Assembly: GCA_003971905.1 (NCBI GenBank)
Contig: RSEE01000001.1
Coordinates: 930,001 to 994,000 of the forward strand
Length of the DNA stretch: 64,000 nt
From: Moniliella sp. 'wahieum'
Taxonomy: Eukaryota
Reading direction: 5' to 3'
Part shown: in pieces, positions 35,618 through 47,642 of the stretch
Position numbering within the stretch: position 1 is the first letter of the stretch
How the letters are laid out: each line of letters begins with the position of its first letter
Program-made: the position numbers and the translations under genes
Notes under the pieces: model-generated
What the model was told of the DNA's origin: nothing
Databases searched by the model: none
Seen by the model: only the letters and a program-made list of their open reading frames with translations

Positions 35618-36767
35618 ATGTTCGCGCCTGTGCGCCTCCTGGTTGCCGCCTTGATCACAACGGCCATCGCAACGACCGCCCTTCCAACCCCCCCGCCCAA
35701 AGCGCAGTTCCACACCTACCACGCCTGCCCAAACACGCCCTTCCAGATCCCTGTTCTCACGTCCGATCTATGGGTCTCTCCTTTGGGCTTCGAAACCTCC
35801 CGTGCGCGTACTGCCATTGTAGTGCAGCATGGCATGAATCGCGACTTTAACAATGCTTCATGGCCGTGGCGTCCAACGTGGACTTGAGCAGCACGGTGGT
35901 GGTCGCGCCCAACTTTTACCTACTTTCTGATAGCGGCAACGGAGGCACGTGGTACCAGCCTTGGCGCGACCTGGCCTGGAACGTGAACCACGACTGGGTG
36001 GAAGGTCAGGATGCGGTCAACGCGCCTGGTTGCTCCTCCTACGACGTGTATGATTGGTTGCGCAACCGATTTTTGGACCGGTCCAAGTACCCCCAGCTGG
36101 AGAATGTGTATTTTGTTGGCCACTCGAATGGGGCTGCTTTCATCTCGCGGTACGCACTCATCTCAGACGACTTCCCCTCGAACCAGGTGAGGCCAAGTTT
36201 GTGACGGCCAACCCTCCTCCACGCCCTACTTTACCACCTTCCGTCCTGTTGCTAGCTTGGTCAACGGTGAACGCGAATGCCGCAATTGGAATTCCTGGCC
36301 ATACGGACCTGAAGGCGCACCTTCGATTCGGTACAAAACAGCGCTGGCTCGGCCCGCAAGCCATGTATCAACGGTACATTGGCCGGCACGTCCTGAACAT
36401 GGTGGGCGACTTGGACACTCGCTCTCGGTATGACTTTGGCGACGACTCGTGCGCCGCTCGGTCCCAAGGCGGGCGCAACCGGCGCAATCGAGCGTACGAC
36501 TACTGGTTGTACAAGGTCCTCCTTGCTGGCGCTCAAAACTCAGCCAATGTTGGTGGCGTGGAACGCTTGAACCAGTTCCCTACTTACCCGCATATTGCTG
36601 CCGGCGGGATTGAGCAGATCGCATGGGGACCGTTCCATCATCAGTTCTGTGTCGTGCCAAACGTGGGGCACGTGGCACAGGATATGTGGGGTTCCAAGTG
36701 CGGCCAGGCCATTTTGCAAGAAGGTCGCATTCCCAGGGCCCTTTGGGGCTACCCTGCGATGCCATAG
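35618..36767 (+). CDS. Secreted alpha/beta-hydrolase-fold protein, apparently intronless
   Basis: Signal peptide MFAPVRLLVAALITTAIATTALP. VVQHGMNRD, APNF, GHSNG elbow, DDSCAARSQGGRNR and VPNVGH. Pieced together from ORFs 35618..35887, 35860..36204 and 36054..36767. Confidence 0.7.
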
Positions 36768-38393
36768 GTCTCATCATGTTGCGATGAGCCTATTCACTTT
36801 CGTCTTCTAACAGCGGAGGAAGGGGGGACAGTTCTTATGTCGGGAAACACCAAAAAAGAGGGGTGCTTTCCCCCCAAGTCCGATGCCCTCTCTCTCCGTC
36901 GTATCTTATGTGCATTGCCGCGTCCATGCTTGACACGCATTGATCGGGTATGCAAAAGTTACCATTCCATTTTATCTCATTTTGTACCCGACGTTTTCAT
37001 CTTTCTTCCTCAACTGCATCCGTCTTATCAACGATGGTCCTTAATGCTATTACATGCCGTTTGCGTCAATACTTTTTGCATGGGCCTGGCCTGGTAGGCC
37101 TCTGTGTTATGAACTGTATATTTGCCTAGAGTATAGATCCCAACACACATCTCTCTACTAATGTCGCCAGTGCGGTACATTTTCAGTCTCTTCAGCGGGG
37201 CCTCGCCGAGACTAGTACAGCTAACACACACATATATTGATGTAAGGGTGAAGAGGTATAATGCAATCGGATGGGAATAAGAGGGGACTAGTACCACTTC
37301 GTCTGAATAACGAGAGACCTGATGCTCACACCCAAATTAACAAAATGCCCTTCCACGATCACTTTAATGTATACGTGCGTTCCCCCACAGGCTCTGAGTA
37401 TAGCATCATCGTCGGAAGCGATGTGCTGTGGTCAAAGGATCAGAGAGTGGTTCCTCGTAAGGGGAAAGTGGTGGAGCCGTTCGGGTGTGGCGTGGGAACT
37501 GCCGGGACGAGAGAGCACACTGCCCTCCTTCTATAAAGAAAAGTAGCATCGGGGGTGGTAGATGTAAGCTACGTTTGAGGGGCACGCGTTCGTGAACAAG
37601 CTCTACCCGTACACCGGCGCAGGATGAACCACTTGAAGAGGGGGATGAGGGACAGCGTTCTGGTCATGGTGCGCAGCGAGTCAAAATCCGCAGTGAATAA
37701 CCTAAACGCGAGACGTTTCGCTGGTAGTTATTATTAGTTGCGTTGGCAAACTGAGGCAGATTAACGGAGAAGAAACAGTGCAATAGAGACATGGATAGTG
37801 TGGTGAGCTGATGAAGAGATAAGGGTGCAAGCTTTTCACTTCGGAAAACCACCCATATTTGAGAATCGACTATTAGGATCAGTACTGTAGAAGAGATTCC
37901 CTCCCTACTCGAGAAGACTTCTTGTGATGCCAAATTATTTCTCTGCATCTTTTGAGCATCTCATCCTTGGAGCGCGAGGTATGACGTTCAGCGTTTTTAG
38001 CGTCCATTAGCATATACACCTGCCTGCTTGGACATTCAAACAATAAGCGATGGACCAGGGAACGAGATGCAATGACGATAAGAAGACCGTTCACAATGCT
38101 ACGTCGTGACAAACAACACAAATGTGAGGGGTACAGCCTAATTCATTAGGTGGTGAGGTGGGGAGGGGGGGAGAGGCGCAGGACCATGGGCATAATCTCT
38201 TCCAAAAGAGACCGGGTCCAAAGCCATGCGCCGCCGTAGAGCCTGAGGTCAGGCGTAACTTTTATCCACACTGGGTCATGGAGCACCCAGCGAGATCAGC
38301 ACCGAGTACCAAGCAAACGGTGCAGCCTCCTCCAAGACGTTGCTTGTTGTTCGAACAAACGGTATCCTAGGGAGGAAGGGCATGCTACACCCC

Positions 38394-39051
38394 TTAGATG
38401 AGGTCGGCAATGTCCATGGGCATCTCCTCAATGTGAGTCGAGTAGAACATCTCGATCTCACGCATCATGGGGAGGTCGTCCTGGGTGACGAAGTTGATGG
38501 CCACACCCTTACGACCAAAGCGACCACCACGACCAATACGGTGAATGTAGTTCTCGCGGTTGGTCGGCAGGTCGTAGTTGATGACCAGCGACACCTGCTG
38601 AACGTCGATACCACGGGCAAGCAGGTCAGTGGTGATCAGGATACGGGAGGAGCCCGAACGGAACTCCTGCATGATCACATCACGCTGCGACTGCTCCATG
38701 TCACCGTGCATAGCCGAGACAGTGAAGTCCTGGCTGATGAGCTGGTCGGTGAGCCAGTCGACCTTGCGGCGGGTGTTGCAGAAGATGACGGCCTGGGTGA
38801 TGGTGAGCGTCTCGTACAGGTCGCACAGAGTCGCCAGCTTCCAGTCCTCCTTGTCGATGGAGATGAAGAACTGACGGATACCCTCAAGGGTGAGCTCGTC
38901 ACGCTTGACCAGGATGCGCACGGGGTCGCGCATGAACTTCTTGGTGACCTCGAGCACATCGGTGGGCATGGTGGCCGAGAGAAGGACGACCTGGGTGTCC
39001 TGGGGCAAGCGCTGGAAGATCTCGTACATCTGCTCCTTGAAACCCTTGGAC

Positions 39052-39084
<33 letters not shown>

Positions 39085-39612
39085 TTGAGGCCGCTGGTCA
39101 CAAAGTGGCCACGGTCAATCATGTCGAAGACACGGCCGGGGGGTACCGACAACAACGTGAGGGCCCTCCTGCAGGCGGGCAATGTCCTCCGAGATACGGG
39201 TACCACCAACGCAGGCGTGGCAGTTGACCTTCAGGTAGTCACCAAGGGCGAGCACGACCTTCTGGATCTGGAGCGCAAGCTCACGGGTAGGAGCCAGGAC
39301 AAGGGCCTGGGTCTTGTTGACCGTGGTGTCGATACGCTGCAGAATCGAGATGGAGAAAGTGGCAGTCTTGCCAGTACCCGACTGGGCCTGGGCAATCACA
39401 TCGTTACCCTTGACGATCGGGACGATGGCACGGGCCTGGATAGCCGAGGGCTTCTCGAAACCGTAGGCGTACACACCGTGGACAAGCTCAGGCTTGAGGT
39501 CCATGGTGTCGAAGTTGTCGCACACCTGGTCCCAGTTGGACTCGATGGTGGGCTCAGCCATGGGGTCGGTACTGCCGCCGGCGGCGACCGGGGGAATCTC
39601 CGTGTTAGACAT
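38394..39612 (-). CDS. TIF1: Translation initiation factor eIF4A (DEAD-box RNA helicase)
   Basis: [53 protein letters not shown] and [13 protein letters not shown]. Very high GC3. One extra base in a homopolymer near 39140. Probable 5'UTR intron 39699..39812. Confidence 0.97.
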
Positions 39613-40929
39613 GTTGGGCAAAGGTTGTAATTCGAACTGTTCTCTCCTTGTTCAGGAAAGAATCAATCCAAAGGGGTGAGGGGCGAAGCGGAAGGTGGCT
39701 GCAACGGAATAATCAGTTAGCATCGGCATTAACGTCCGCCGCGGAGAGGGAGTCGATCATGGGAAGCTTGGCCGAGGAGAAGAGGCATAGAGAGTAAGGG
39801 CAGAATACGCACCTGGGTGGCGGTGGTTAAGGAGCGGATCCTTGGAAGAAGAGAAGGAGAATGCGGGAGCGCCGCGCGGCTTAAAGGCCACCCATGCGGG
39901 TTCGACTAGCAATGTGAGGACCGGCACAAGGCCAGTGCTGACAGAAAAAAGAGAATGCAAAAATTTCAGCTGAGTAGCACTGCCCCTCTGCAGTGACAGC
40001 ACTAGAACACTATCACATATGAGCCGCAGCATGGTATCGGAACACTTCCCCCCTGCCATCAGGGTTTTCATATTCACATCGTCGGCACCTGCTCAGCCTG
40101 AACCTCAAGGCTCAACTCGTGTTTCTGAAGTTTGATGGACCGCACCTGAGCCTCATCGATCGTGATGCATGATATCGATCATTGAGCTAGTGGTAAAATA
40201 GAGCGTCCATTAAAAAACGGTCGGAATGATTAATGATGGTGGGTCAACATGAACGTTGAAGACGTTGAACGTACTGAACGACATCCTGTGAATGTGAGTG
40301 GCCAGGTCAGCTGCACAGATGTTCAAGGATGACGTCGATTTCTCGATGACGTAGAAACACATCTCGCAAGCGGTGACCGGTGAAGCTTGAAGCTCAAATG
40401 GCGGGGCCTGAATAACATCTTTGCTTCATCCTCGCGGACGAAGGGCCCCGGTTTCCTTTTGTCAAACACGTCGTAGTCTCACTGTAGACAGGTAAAAAGT
40501 TGGCCAAAATACAAACTAGAGGTATCACGCCCCCCTACATCTTCCTCAAGTCGGAGGGACCATCAAAGAGACTTGCCCTTCGAGATCTAATGGGATCGTC
40601 ATACGAACCAAGAAGCAGATCGTGAAGAAGACGGCGCTGGCCAGGTGTACGGATCAGATCGATCCGAAGGAAAGCTATGATCGTCTTTGCTGGCAAAGGC
40701 CTGCTGCCAAAAACCCGGCTTGATGATTGGATCATCTCCCTGGACAAGCTGGACACCGAGGACGCAGATAATATCCTATGGGATTATTCTCACACAAGGC
40801 AGAGGCCAGTGGCTTTGATCGCGAGATATTGAAGTACGTAGAAGTCGTGAGAAGAAAAGCCACAACAGGAGTTGATGGCTGTTACACAAAAGGAGCTTTG
40901 AGGGCAAGGGATTCCCTCGGCACGATCGA

Positions 40930-41689
40930 TTACCGCAGCTTCTTATCTTCGAAGAAGACCTGGAGGCACGTAGGTTAGGGCGGGAAGTGATCCAAAAACG
41001 ACGGAAACGTACCCGGAGATGGCGCAGCTGCCAAAGGCAAGTGCAGAGCAAGACGACCAACTGGACTGCCGACCAATACACGGCGCGTGAGTTGGTTTTT
41101 TCAGAGAGATTACGGAACTCTGCTTCACTCTCGCGCTGGTACCGCTGTTCACGGCGAATATCGCGAACGAGGGCGTTGAGGTCCTTGACGCGGTTGACCA
41201 ATTCGTTGACGTGATTCTGGTTCTTGTGCGAGTGGTCAGGCTTGGCGTCACCGATAATAATGTCAAGGTGCATGCGGATCTGGCCGTGGTTGGAGCGGCT
41301 GGAGGGAGGTAGTCGGTGGAGAGGCAGATCTCGTGTTCACCATTGTTGTGGCTCGTAAACGCGAACTTGCCCTCGCTAGGGGCGCGCGTGGAGGTGAGGA
41401 CGTGGGAGTTGTCGAGCTCACGAATCAAAATGTTCATGCCCAGGTCATCGTGGATGTTAAATTGTCCCTGGGCCTTGTCCCACTCCTCGGCCATGTAGTG
41501 GCCGACGACAACTGTGTCGGAAGGAAGATCCTCAATGAAGCACTTGCGCTCGTGCTGGTCCAGGTAAAAGTAGAGCTGCCGAGAAGAAAGTCAGCATGCG
41601 GTTGCCAGAGCGGATAGAAATCACACCCACCCATTTACAGCGTGTATCGAGACGAGGGCAAAGAGGCCGACCAATAGAAGCAGGCGCAT
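40930..41689 (-). CDS. p24/emp24/gp25L family cargo receptor (alpha subfamily, Erp1/TMED9-like)
   Basis: Signal peptide MRLLLLVGLFALVSIHAVN. LYFYLD..ERKCFIEDLP (GOLD domain), REQRYQRESEAEFRNLSEKTNSR coiled coil, TM, and tail QLRHLR|VFFEDKKLR* with a KKxx motif. Two introns and one frameshift. Confidence 0.92.
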
Positions 41690-42092
41690 CGCTGTGGGCG
41701 GCAGGACAGCCTTGGCTCGACGGGGCGGTGGGGATGCCGGCAGCGGAGACGGTGGATTGCTCCGCACCCCATCTGGCCGACGTGGCGCACGACAAATCAG
41801 CTAACGCCATCCATTGGCCGGCGCAGCGGAATTTCACATTTCAGCTGTCCACGTGTTATTAGTCAGCCGCGGCAGCCAGCCTGAGGCCCCTGAGGCTCAT
41901 CGCCTCCGCTGAGGTGGTGAGATCTGAGATCTGAGACTGAGTATGCGGAGGGTAAAACTCGGGATTCGGAACAACTCGGGCGCGACAGGTTATGTAATTC
42001 CAGGTCGCGTGCTGCCCGCGTGTTGGCGCCACCAATTAATTTGCTCGCCATCCCTTGGGGCCCAACCGCCCGACCACCGCCCCCCCCCACCC

Positions 42093-43779
42093 ATGCACCA
42101 GCGGAGTGGAGAGGACGAGGTGGGCGACCCGAGCGACTGGACGGGCGATACACGGTGGGTCGCTGCGCTTGACTCGAGTCTGCGGTGCGAGCTATGCTAC
42201 GACGTGTTTGTTGCACCGGTCAGTCTGCGCCTGTGGCCACGCGTTTTGCAGTGCCTGCATCCGCACCCACATCAACCAGCCACAAGCCAAGGGGCAGTTC
42301 TGCCCCAAGTGCCGACAACCCAAGGCGTACGACTCGGAACTCGTGCTGCAGCAGCACTTGAGGTCGCGGCCGATGTCTGGAGGTCCAATCGCCAGCGCCT
42401 ACGCACTGCCCTTACCCGCCAAACGGAAGACGCGGCCACCATCGCTGGGTTGGAGGAGCGCGTTCGCACTCTCGAAGCCACCATCAGGGCGCAAATCAGC
42501 AGCAGACCCATACGGAATTTCAGGCGAAAGATGTTTTCTTCTTACTCCCCATGGTGACGACACCCAGGTGGAATTGCTGGATCGCAGTCCGGAGCACGTC
42601 CAAGAGGAGGAACGAAATACAAGCCAAGAGCAAGACCAACAGCCAAATCAAACCCACATTCAGTTGGGTGACTCCCTACACCTCCCTCCCCCCCCCGACG
42701 AAATCCGGGAGGACTTGTTCGATCGTAGCTCCGAACCCGTCGAAGGGGTGGAATTGGGACTCCAGTTCCCCCCTCGAGTCAAGTCGAGCTGGCAGTACTG
42801 AGGGACGGCGAGACCGATCCACACAAACCCTCTCCCTTGTCTAAGAGGAAGAGATCTCGCAGCCGCAGCAACTCTTCCAGCTCCGAGGTTGAGATTGTGG
42901 ACATCTCACCCGCACTACCAAAGCGTGATGCGACCCCACAACTTACGCAGGAGGGCAAATTGCGAGGCAAGTGCTAGCCCCCTTTTTTCGATCCATCTAA
43001 GGCACTAACTCTTACTCTCTCTCTTTTCTCTAGCCCAAAGTCAAGTTGCATGTCCCATATGTGGGTTACTTTTACGCTTGAAGCTTGAATCGCCACCGGA
43101 TAGCGGCCGGTGCGAACCTGGCCGGGAACCAAGTGAAAGGGAACGCGGGCTCCTACCTTTCATCTTCCTCGCACAACTCACCTAGCCGCCAAAGCGCCAA
43201 AAGCGAGTTCGCTGTCCCTGAATCTTCGCGCCCCGCAAACGGATAGCAACATCAGGGGCTGGTACGGGCGTGCTGGCGTTCTTCGGAGGTGCCGCCACGA
43301 CGGATAGCGCGCTTGCACCTGATGCCAAACGGTTGGTTCGACCCCATTATCATGGCCAGCGGGAGAAGGACCTGCGCAAGCTACTCAAGGATGCGGGGCT
43401 TTCAGGAGTGGGGTCGCGGGAGCGAATGATCGAACGGCACACTCAATGGATTAACCTTTGGAACGCGAACGTCGATGCTTCCCCCGAGTTTCGCAAGACA
43501 ACGAGCCAACTTCGTCATCAGTTGCGCGAGTGGGAAACTAATGTGCTTGATGCCGATACTCGCCCTACTCCTCGCTCTGGTGAGGACTCTTCTTTGTCAG
43601 CATCGAGTGATGCGTGGGTTGCTACCCACCGTGCGCAATTTCGTGAATTGGTTCAGGCTGCTCGCGATTCGGCCATGCGAGACCGCCGACGTCTGGCTCA
43701 TTCTGCCGATAAAGAGCCAAATCCTGCTCTAGAAGACAACGAAACCAATTCCTCTAACCAAGGGGATGTCTTATCCTGA
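42093..43779 (+). CDS. RAD18: Post-replication repair E3 ubiquitin ligase Rad18
   Basis: LDSSLRCELCYD..CGHAFCSACIR..CPKC (RING), VACPICG (UBZ-like) after an intron near 42971-43033, and a SAP-like region LRKLLKDAGL...HTQWINLWNANVDA. Multiple frameshifts. Confidence 0.85.
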
Positions 43780-44313
43780 TCCTCTCGCTTGCCTCCTTCC
43801 CTTCCTCTTCTGTGCACTCCATCATATTCTTGCGTCATATTCCGTGTCGTTAAATGAAAACTGCATACGATTAGTGACCTTGGTAGCGCGCTTTCCCCCT
43901 GCATCCCAGTGAAATGCCGAGAGCTCACAGGAATATAGTCATGCATATTGGGGGTGAGTGTGTACAGATGCCATTTGACAAAGTTAGACCGGCAGGGGGG
44001 CTGGGTGGGGTGAAGGGGGATGTGGTAGACGGTGCACAGGGAAGAGGGGGGAAGAGGAAGGATGAGAAAGAAGAGGTCCGAATCGAGAGCATATCGGGCA
44101 CAAGAATGAAGACTAGTAGCCCCCGTCCCCATGCGTAGGGTGGGGTGCCATGGGTTGTATGAGTGACCAGGATCGATCGAGAAGGGGACAAGGTGTCGAA
44201 GAACCATAAACAAAAACAAAACGAAAACATGGCAAGGGTATCAGCGCTGATACCCGGGAGGAACTGAGCTACGCACGGCCCACCTCCCTTCAAGCCGCAT
44301 GGACAATGCTGCG

Positions 44314-45544
44314 TTAGCTCTGACGGCGGGCTGAGGGAAGCGTGCCGTTCGAAGCCGGCCCAAAGGGGAAGGAAGGGGCACCCCCCGTTCCAAGATGAAT
44401 GGGTTGTCCTAACGGGATGGTCGTTGGCATCCCCGCTACTCGTCCGCCCTCCGGTCCTCGGCGCTGTTGATTTGACCCCAGTGGCGGCGGCGGGGGACGG
44501 TGGGACGGCAACGGGGAACCAGATTCGGTAGAAGTGTGAGTCTGGTTGCCTATGGTGGGCACCTCAAACGATTGGACCGATGTTGTATGCCCTCGGGAAC
44601 GAGCCGCCCGCCCGTGATTCCGCGCCCTGGTGTCTGACCCCCCCACCACGGCAAACGTAGGGGCACGATAACTTTGGCCATCACGATCACGACGGGAGCG
44701 ATGAGGCAAAAAGCCCTGACCATTCGGGTCCAGCTCACCCGGAGTTTCTGCTACGAAACTTGCACCTGAGAATTGCTGATTTAGCCAGTACTGGTACTGG
44801 GCGAAGAGCTGGGCTGGATTAACAGCCCCCGGCATCCCAAGCGTAGTTCCTTGGGATGCGTCTGAGTAACCATATGCACCCGAGAACATAGTGTCTGTGG
44901 CCAAAGGGAATAGGATATTGTTAGTCCCCTCCTCTCCCACAGGTGGCCAAGCAAGAGACGAGGTACTGACCTTCGCGTGCCCGTGAAGGGATGCGCGGAG
45001 CAGATGGACGGCTTGGTCTGTGCCGTCGGTACGAAAGCTGGACCGAGATGCATTTTCCACTCATGCGGGTCCTGTCGGTAGCTGTGATCGCCACCTCGGC
45101 CTCGGCTGGCGTGGCCATCTCGACAAACCCAAACCCTCGAGACTCGGTTGTACCTTGGTGGTAGACAACATTGGCATTCAGTACCTGTGCATGCACGCCC
45201 CCGCAGCCCCAATCGACTGGTCATTAGCTTCCTCGGCGGTTCAACATAAGCATGCCAAACCACCCTCGATGGATGCGGATTACGCACCTGTCCATACGGC
45301 TCGAACATAGCGGCCAGCCCCTGGTGATCAATGTGGCTCGGTAAGTAGCGGATATAGAGTGCGTTGCCGGGATTGCGTTCCACCCCCGCCATCGGATCCG
45401 GTGCGAGAACTGGGCATCTGCATGCGGCCGTGTGGGATAACCACGATCAGCGCGCTCCGAGCGTGGGGCCCGAGGCACCGGGCTCCGACTCCGGCTCCGT
45501 CCCTGCCGCGATATCGACGGGCCCGAGTCCGAGTCCATGTCCAA
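44314..45544 (-). CDS. Single-RRM, RS-containing RNA-binding protein (Tra2/SR-like); boundaries uncertain, may start further upstream (~46080)
   Basis: RSRSRSP, NPGNALYIRYL (RNP2) and ESRGFGFVEM (RNP1). Intron 45185..45287 (GTGCGT...CAG). Low-complexity C-terminus in ORF 44314..45060. Confidence 0.7.
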
Positions 45545-47105
45545 CTCTGAGCTGCCTCCCAGGCGGCGGAGGTTGGCGCGACTAGTGTTGGCGGAGACAT
45601 CAGGGTTGGAACCCCTGCCACGGGAGTCGTCGTGGCCTGGGCCGCTAGATGCACCGTGTTCAGAACAGGAGGCCGCTCCGGTGGGGGAGAATGGGAAGGG
45701 GTGAGGTCGTCGAGGCCGAGTGAGTCAGAGCGGGCATGCCAAGGCGATGGGTTGTCGCAGGGTTCTCCGTCATTCACGTCGTCAAAGTTCGTGGGAAAGG
45801 GAAGAGGAGAAAGTCGATCTTCGCTCAGGTCGTCGCTGGGGGGATGAGCTGGAAGGCCTGCTGGTTTGAGAGGGGGTAAGGAGGGATACGTAAAAACAAA
45901 GAAGAGCCGATCAGAAAAGAACAGAACAGAGCAAGCGTCAGTGCATGCGATAACAGGGCAGACGCGGAATGCTTTTGCACGCAGGGCGCTGGCCCAGAGG
46001 GAACAGGAGACACACGCGCTGTAGCAGCCATGGCTGTAGACGGGACGAGAGGAGGGGAAGAGTAGGCAGGCCGAAAGCATGGCGGTGGTGGTGGAACGAG
46101 GAGAGGATGCAGGGGAGAGTGCCGCGGTCTGACGCTGCTAGGGACCGGGTTGGCTGTTGGCGGATGGGTGGGCGGATTGACTGCTTGTGTCGGGTGCGGG
46201 TGTGGGGTATTATGATTGGGGTGTGACATGTGGCATGCCGAGCAGGTGGGTTGTCGCCAGAGAAAAGACAGCAAGGGAAGGGCCTAGCAGGCGTGTTCAA
46301 GGGGTTGGGTGCGCCCAAGAAAACGGGCACCACACAAGCACTCCACCGGCCGCACCGCCCCCCATGCGTGCCGCAGGCGCCTGGAGCAGGCAGCTACATG
46401 TTACAGCTCCTGGTGGGGCGGACGTCTTGGAATCTGGGGCCGCAACAGGGGTTTACTGCTGCGATCAGATCATCACCGACCACCGATCCGACCTCCACTC
46501 TGCAGAACTCAGAACTCACCGTCACCGCCTCTCGCCGACTCGTGGCGCGACCCCCAACCCCTGCACCTCCGCCCCCACAACCCCCGTCTGCTTCAGGGTA
46601 CCGCACGCATCCTGCGACCGGTGCGACCCCTCCCTCATGTGCCTCATGCCCCACGCTCACGCCTTCCCCCCTTGTGTGGACAAAGGTAATCGTAACTGGC
46701 CGCCGATATCCCGCCCACGTGTACAGCTGCCGTGCCTCCCCTGCCACTTCATACGCGAGCTCTGGCCTGCTCCCGCAGCCTGCCCAGGCCTGCCCCAGCA
46801 GGCTCAATATTCAAGCTTCAAGCGTCCTCCATCGCCTATCAATATCGATCGTCTGTCTTACGTATTCGGCGCCACAACCTCCCCTACACTTCCGCCGCGC
46901 CTTGCCGCCCCCTGCCGCCCCCTGCCGCCCCTCCTGCGCATGTGCACAACCAGAACAATTCCGCTGTCCAGCTCATTCCGCCCTGCTCAGCGCTGCTCGG
47001 CTGAGCCTGAGCACCGCGCACAGATGCGTCGCAGCTGGCCGCCCACCAGCTCACAGCCCGCCAGCCACGAACTCCCACACCCCGTCCCCCTCTCCTCGAC
47101 GCATC

Positions 47106-47642
47106 ATGGACTCGTGGCGCAAGATCGACATTGACCAATGGGACGAGGACCGGGTGCTCGAGGCGGAGCTTGCCCCCACCGACCCACGTCCTGCCGCCCA
47201 GGTACTCTCGGCTGCTCGCCAAGCCAGCCAGCAGGCCCGCTCCCTCGTCTCGCGCGGCGATCAGTCCGGCGCGCTTGCTGCCCTCCTTGCCGAGCCACCG
47301 TACGGCCCGGATGCGGCTGGGCGAAGCCAAGCAGACCGTACTTACTGCGCTGCTTGAGGTCCTCAACTCCACTCGCTCCACCGACATTCCCAAAACCATC
47401 GCGTCCCTCAACTTGGATCAGCATGACTTGCTCATGGTATACATCTACAAGGGCCTGGCCCACCCGGAGAATGGAGCGTCTGCAGTGCTGCTGCAATGGC
47501 ACGAGAAGGTACGTGAATACTGTCTGCTGTCCTTGTGTTTGTGGGGCGAGAGCTAACCCACTCCAATCGGCCTTGTCAGCTTACCGAGGTTGCCGGCGCT
47601 GGCAGCATTGTCCGTGTCATGACGGACCGGCGGAACTTCTGA
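47106..47642 (+). CDS. ARC15: Arp2/3 complex subunit 5 (p16-Arc)
   Basis: MDSWRKIDIDQWDED...PPYG...DLLMVYIYKGL...VLLQWHEK|LTEVAGAGSIVRVMTDRRNF*. Intron 47509..47579. One frameshift near 47320. Confidence 0.94.

Noticed and set aside
39130..39150. Frameshift in eIF4A as programmed frameshifting or pseudogenisation
   Set aside because: It is a single extra base in a homopolymer within an otherwise perfectly conserved, strongly codon-biased essential gene. The same error type occurs throughout the window.
39699..39812. Intronic box C/D snoRNA in the eIF4A 5'UTR intron
   Set aside because: No canonical RUGAUGA box C, and the CTGA overlaps the branch-site region.
39890..39915. GGGTTCGACT resembles a tRNA T-loop
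   Set aside because: No D-arm/A-box or paired stems upstream; it lies in the eIF4A promoter.
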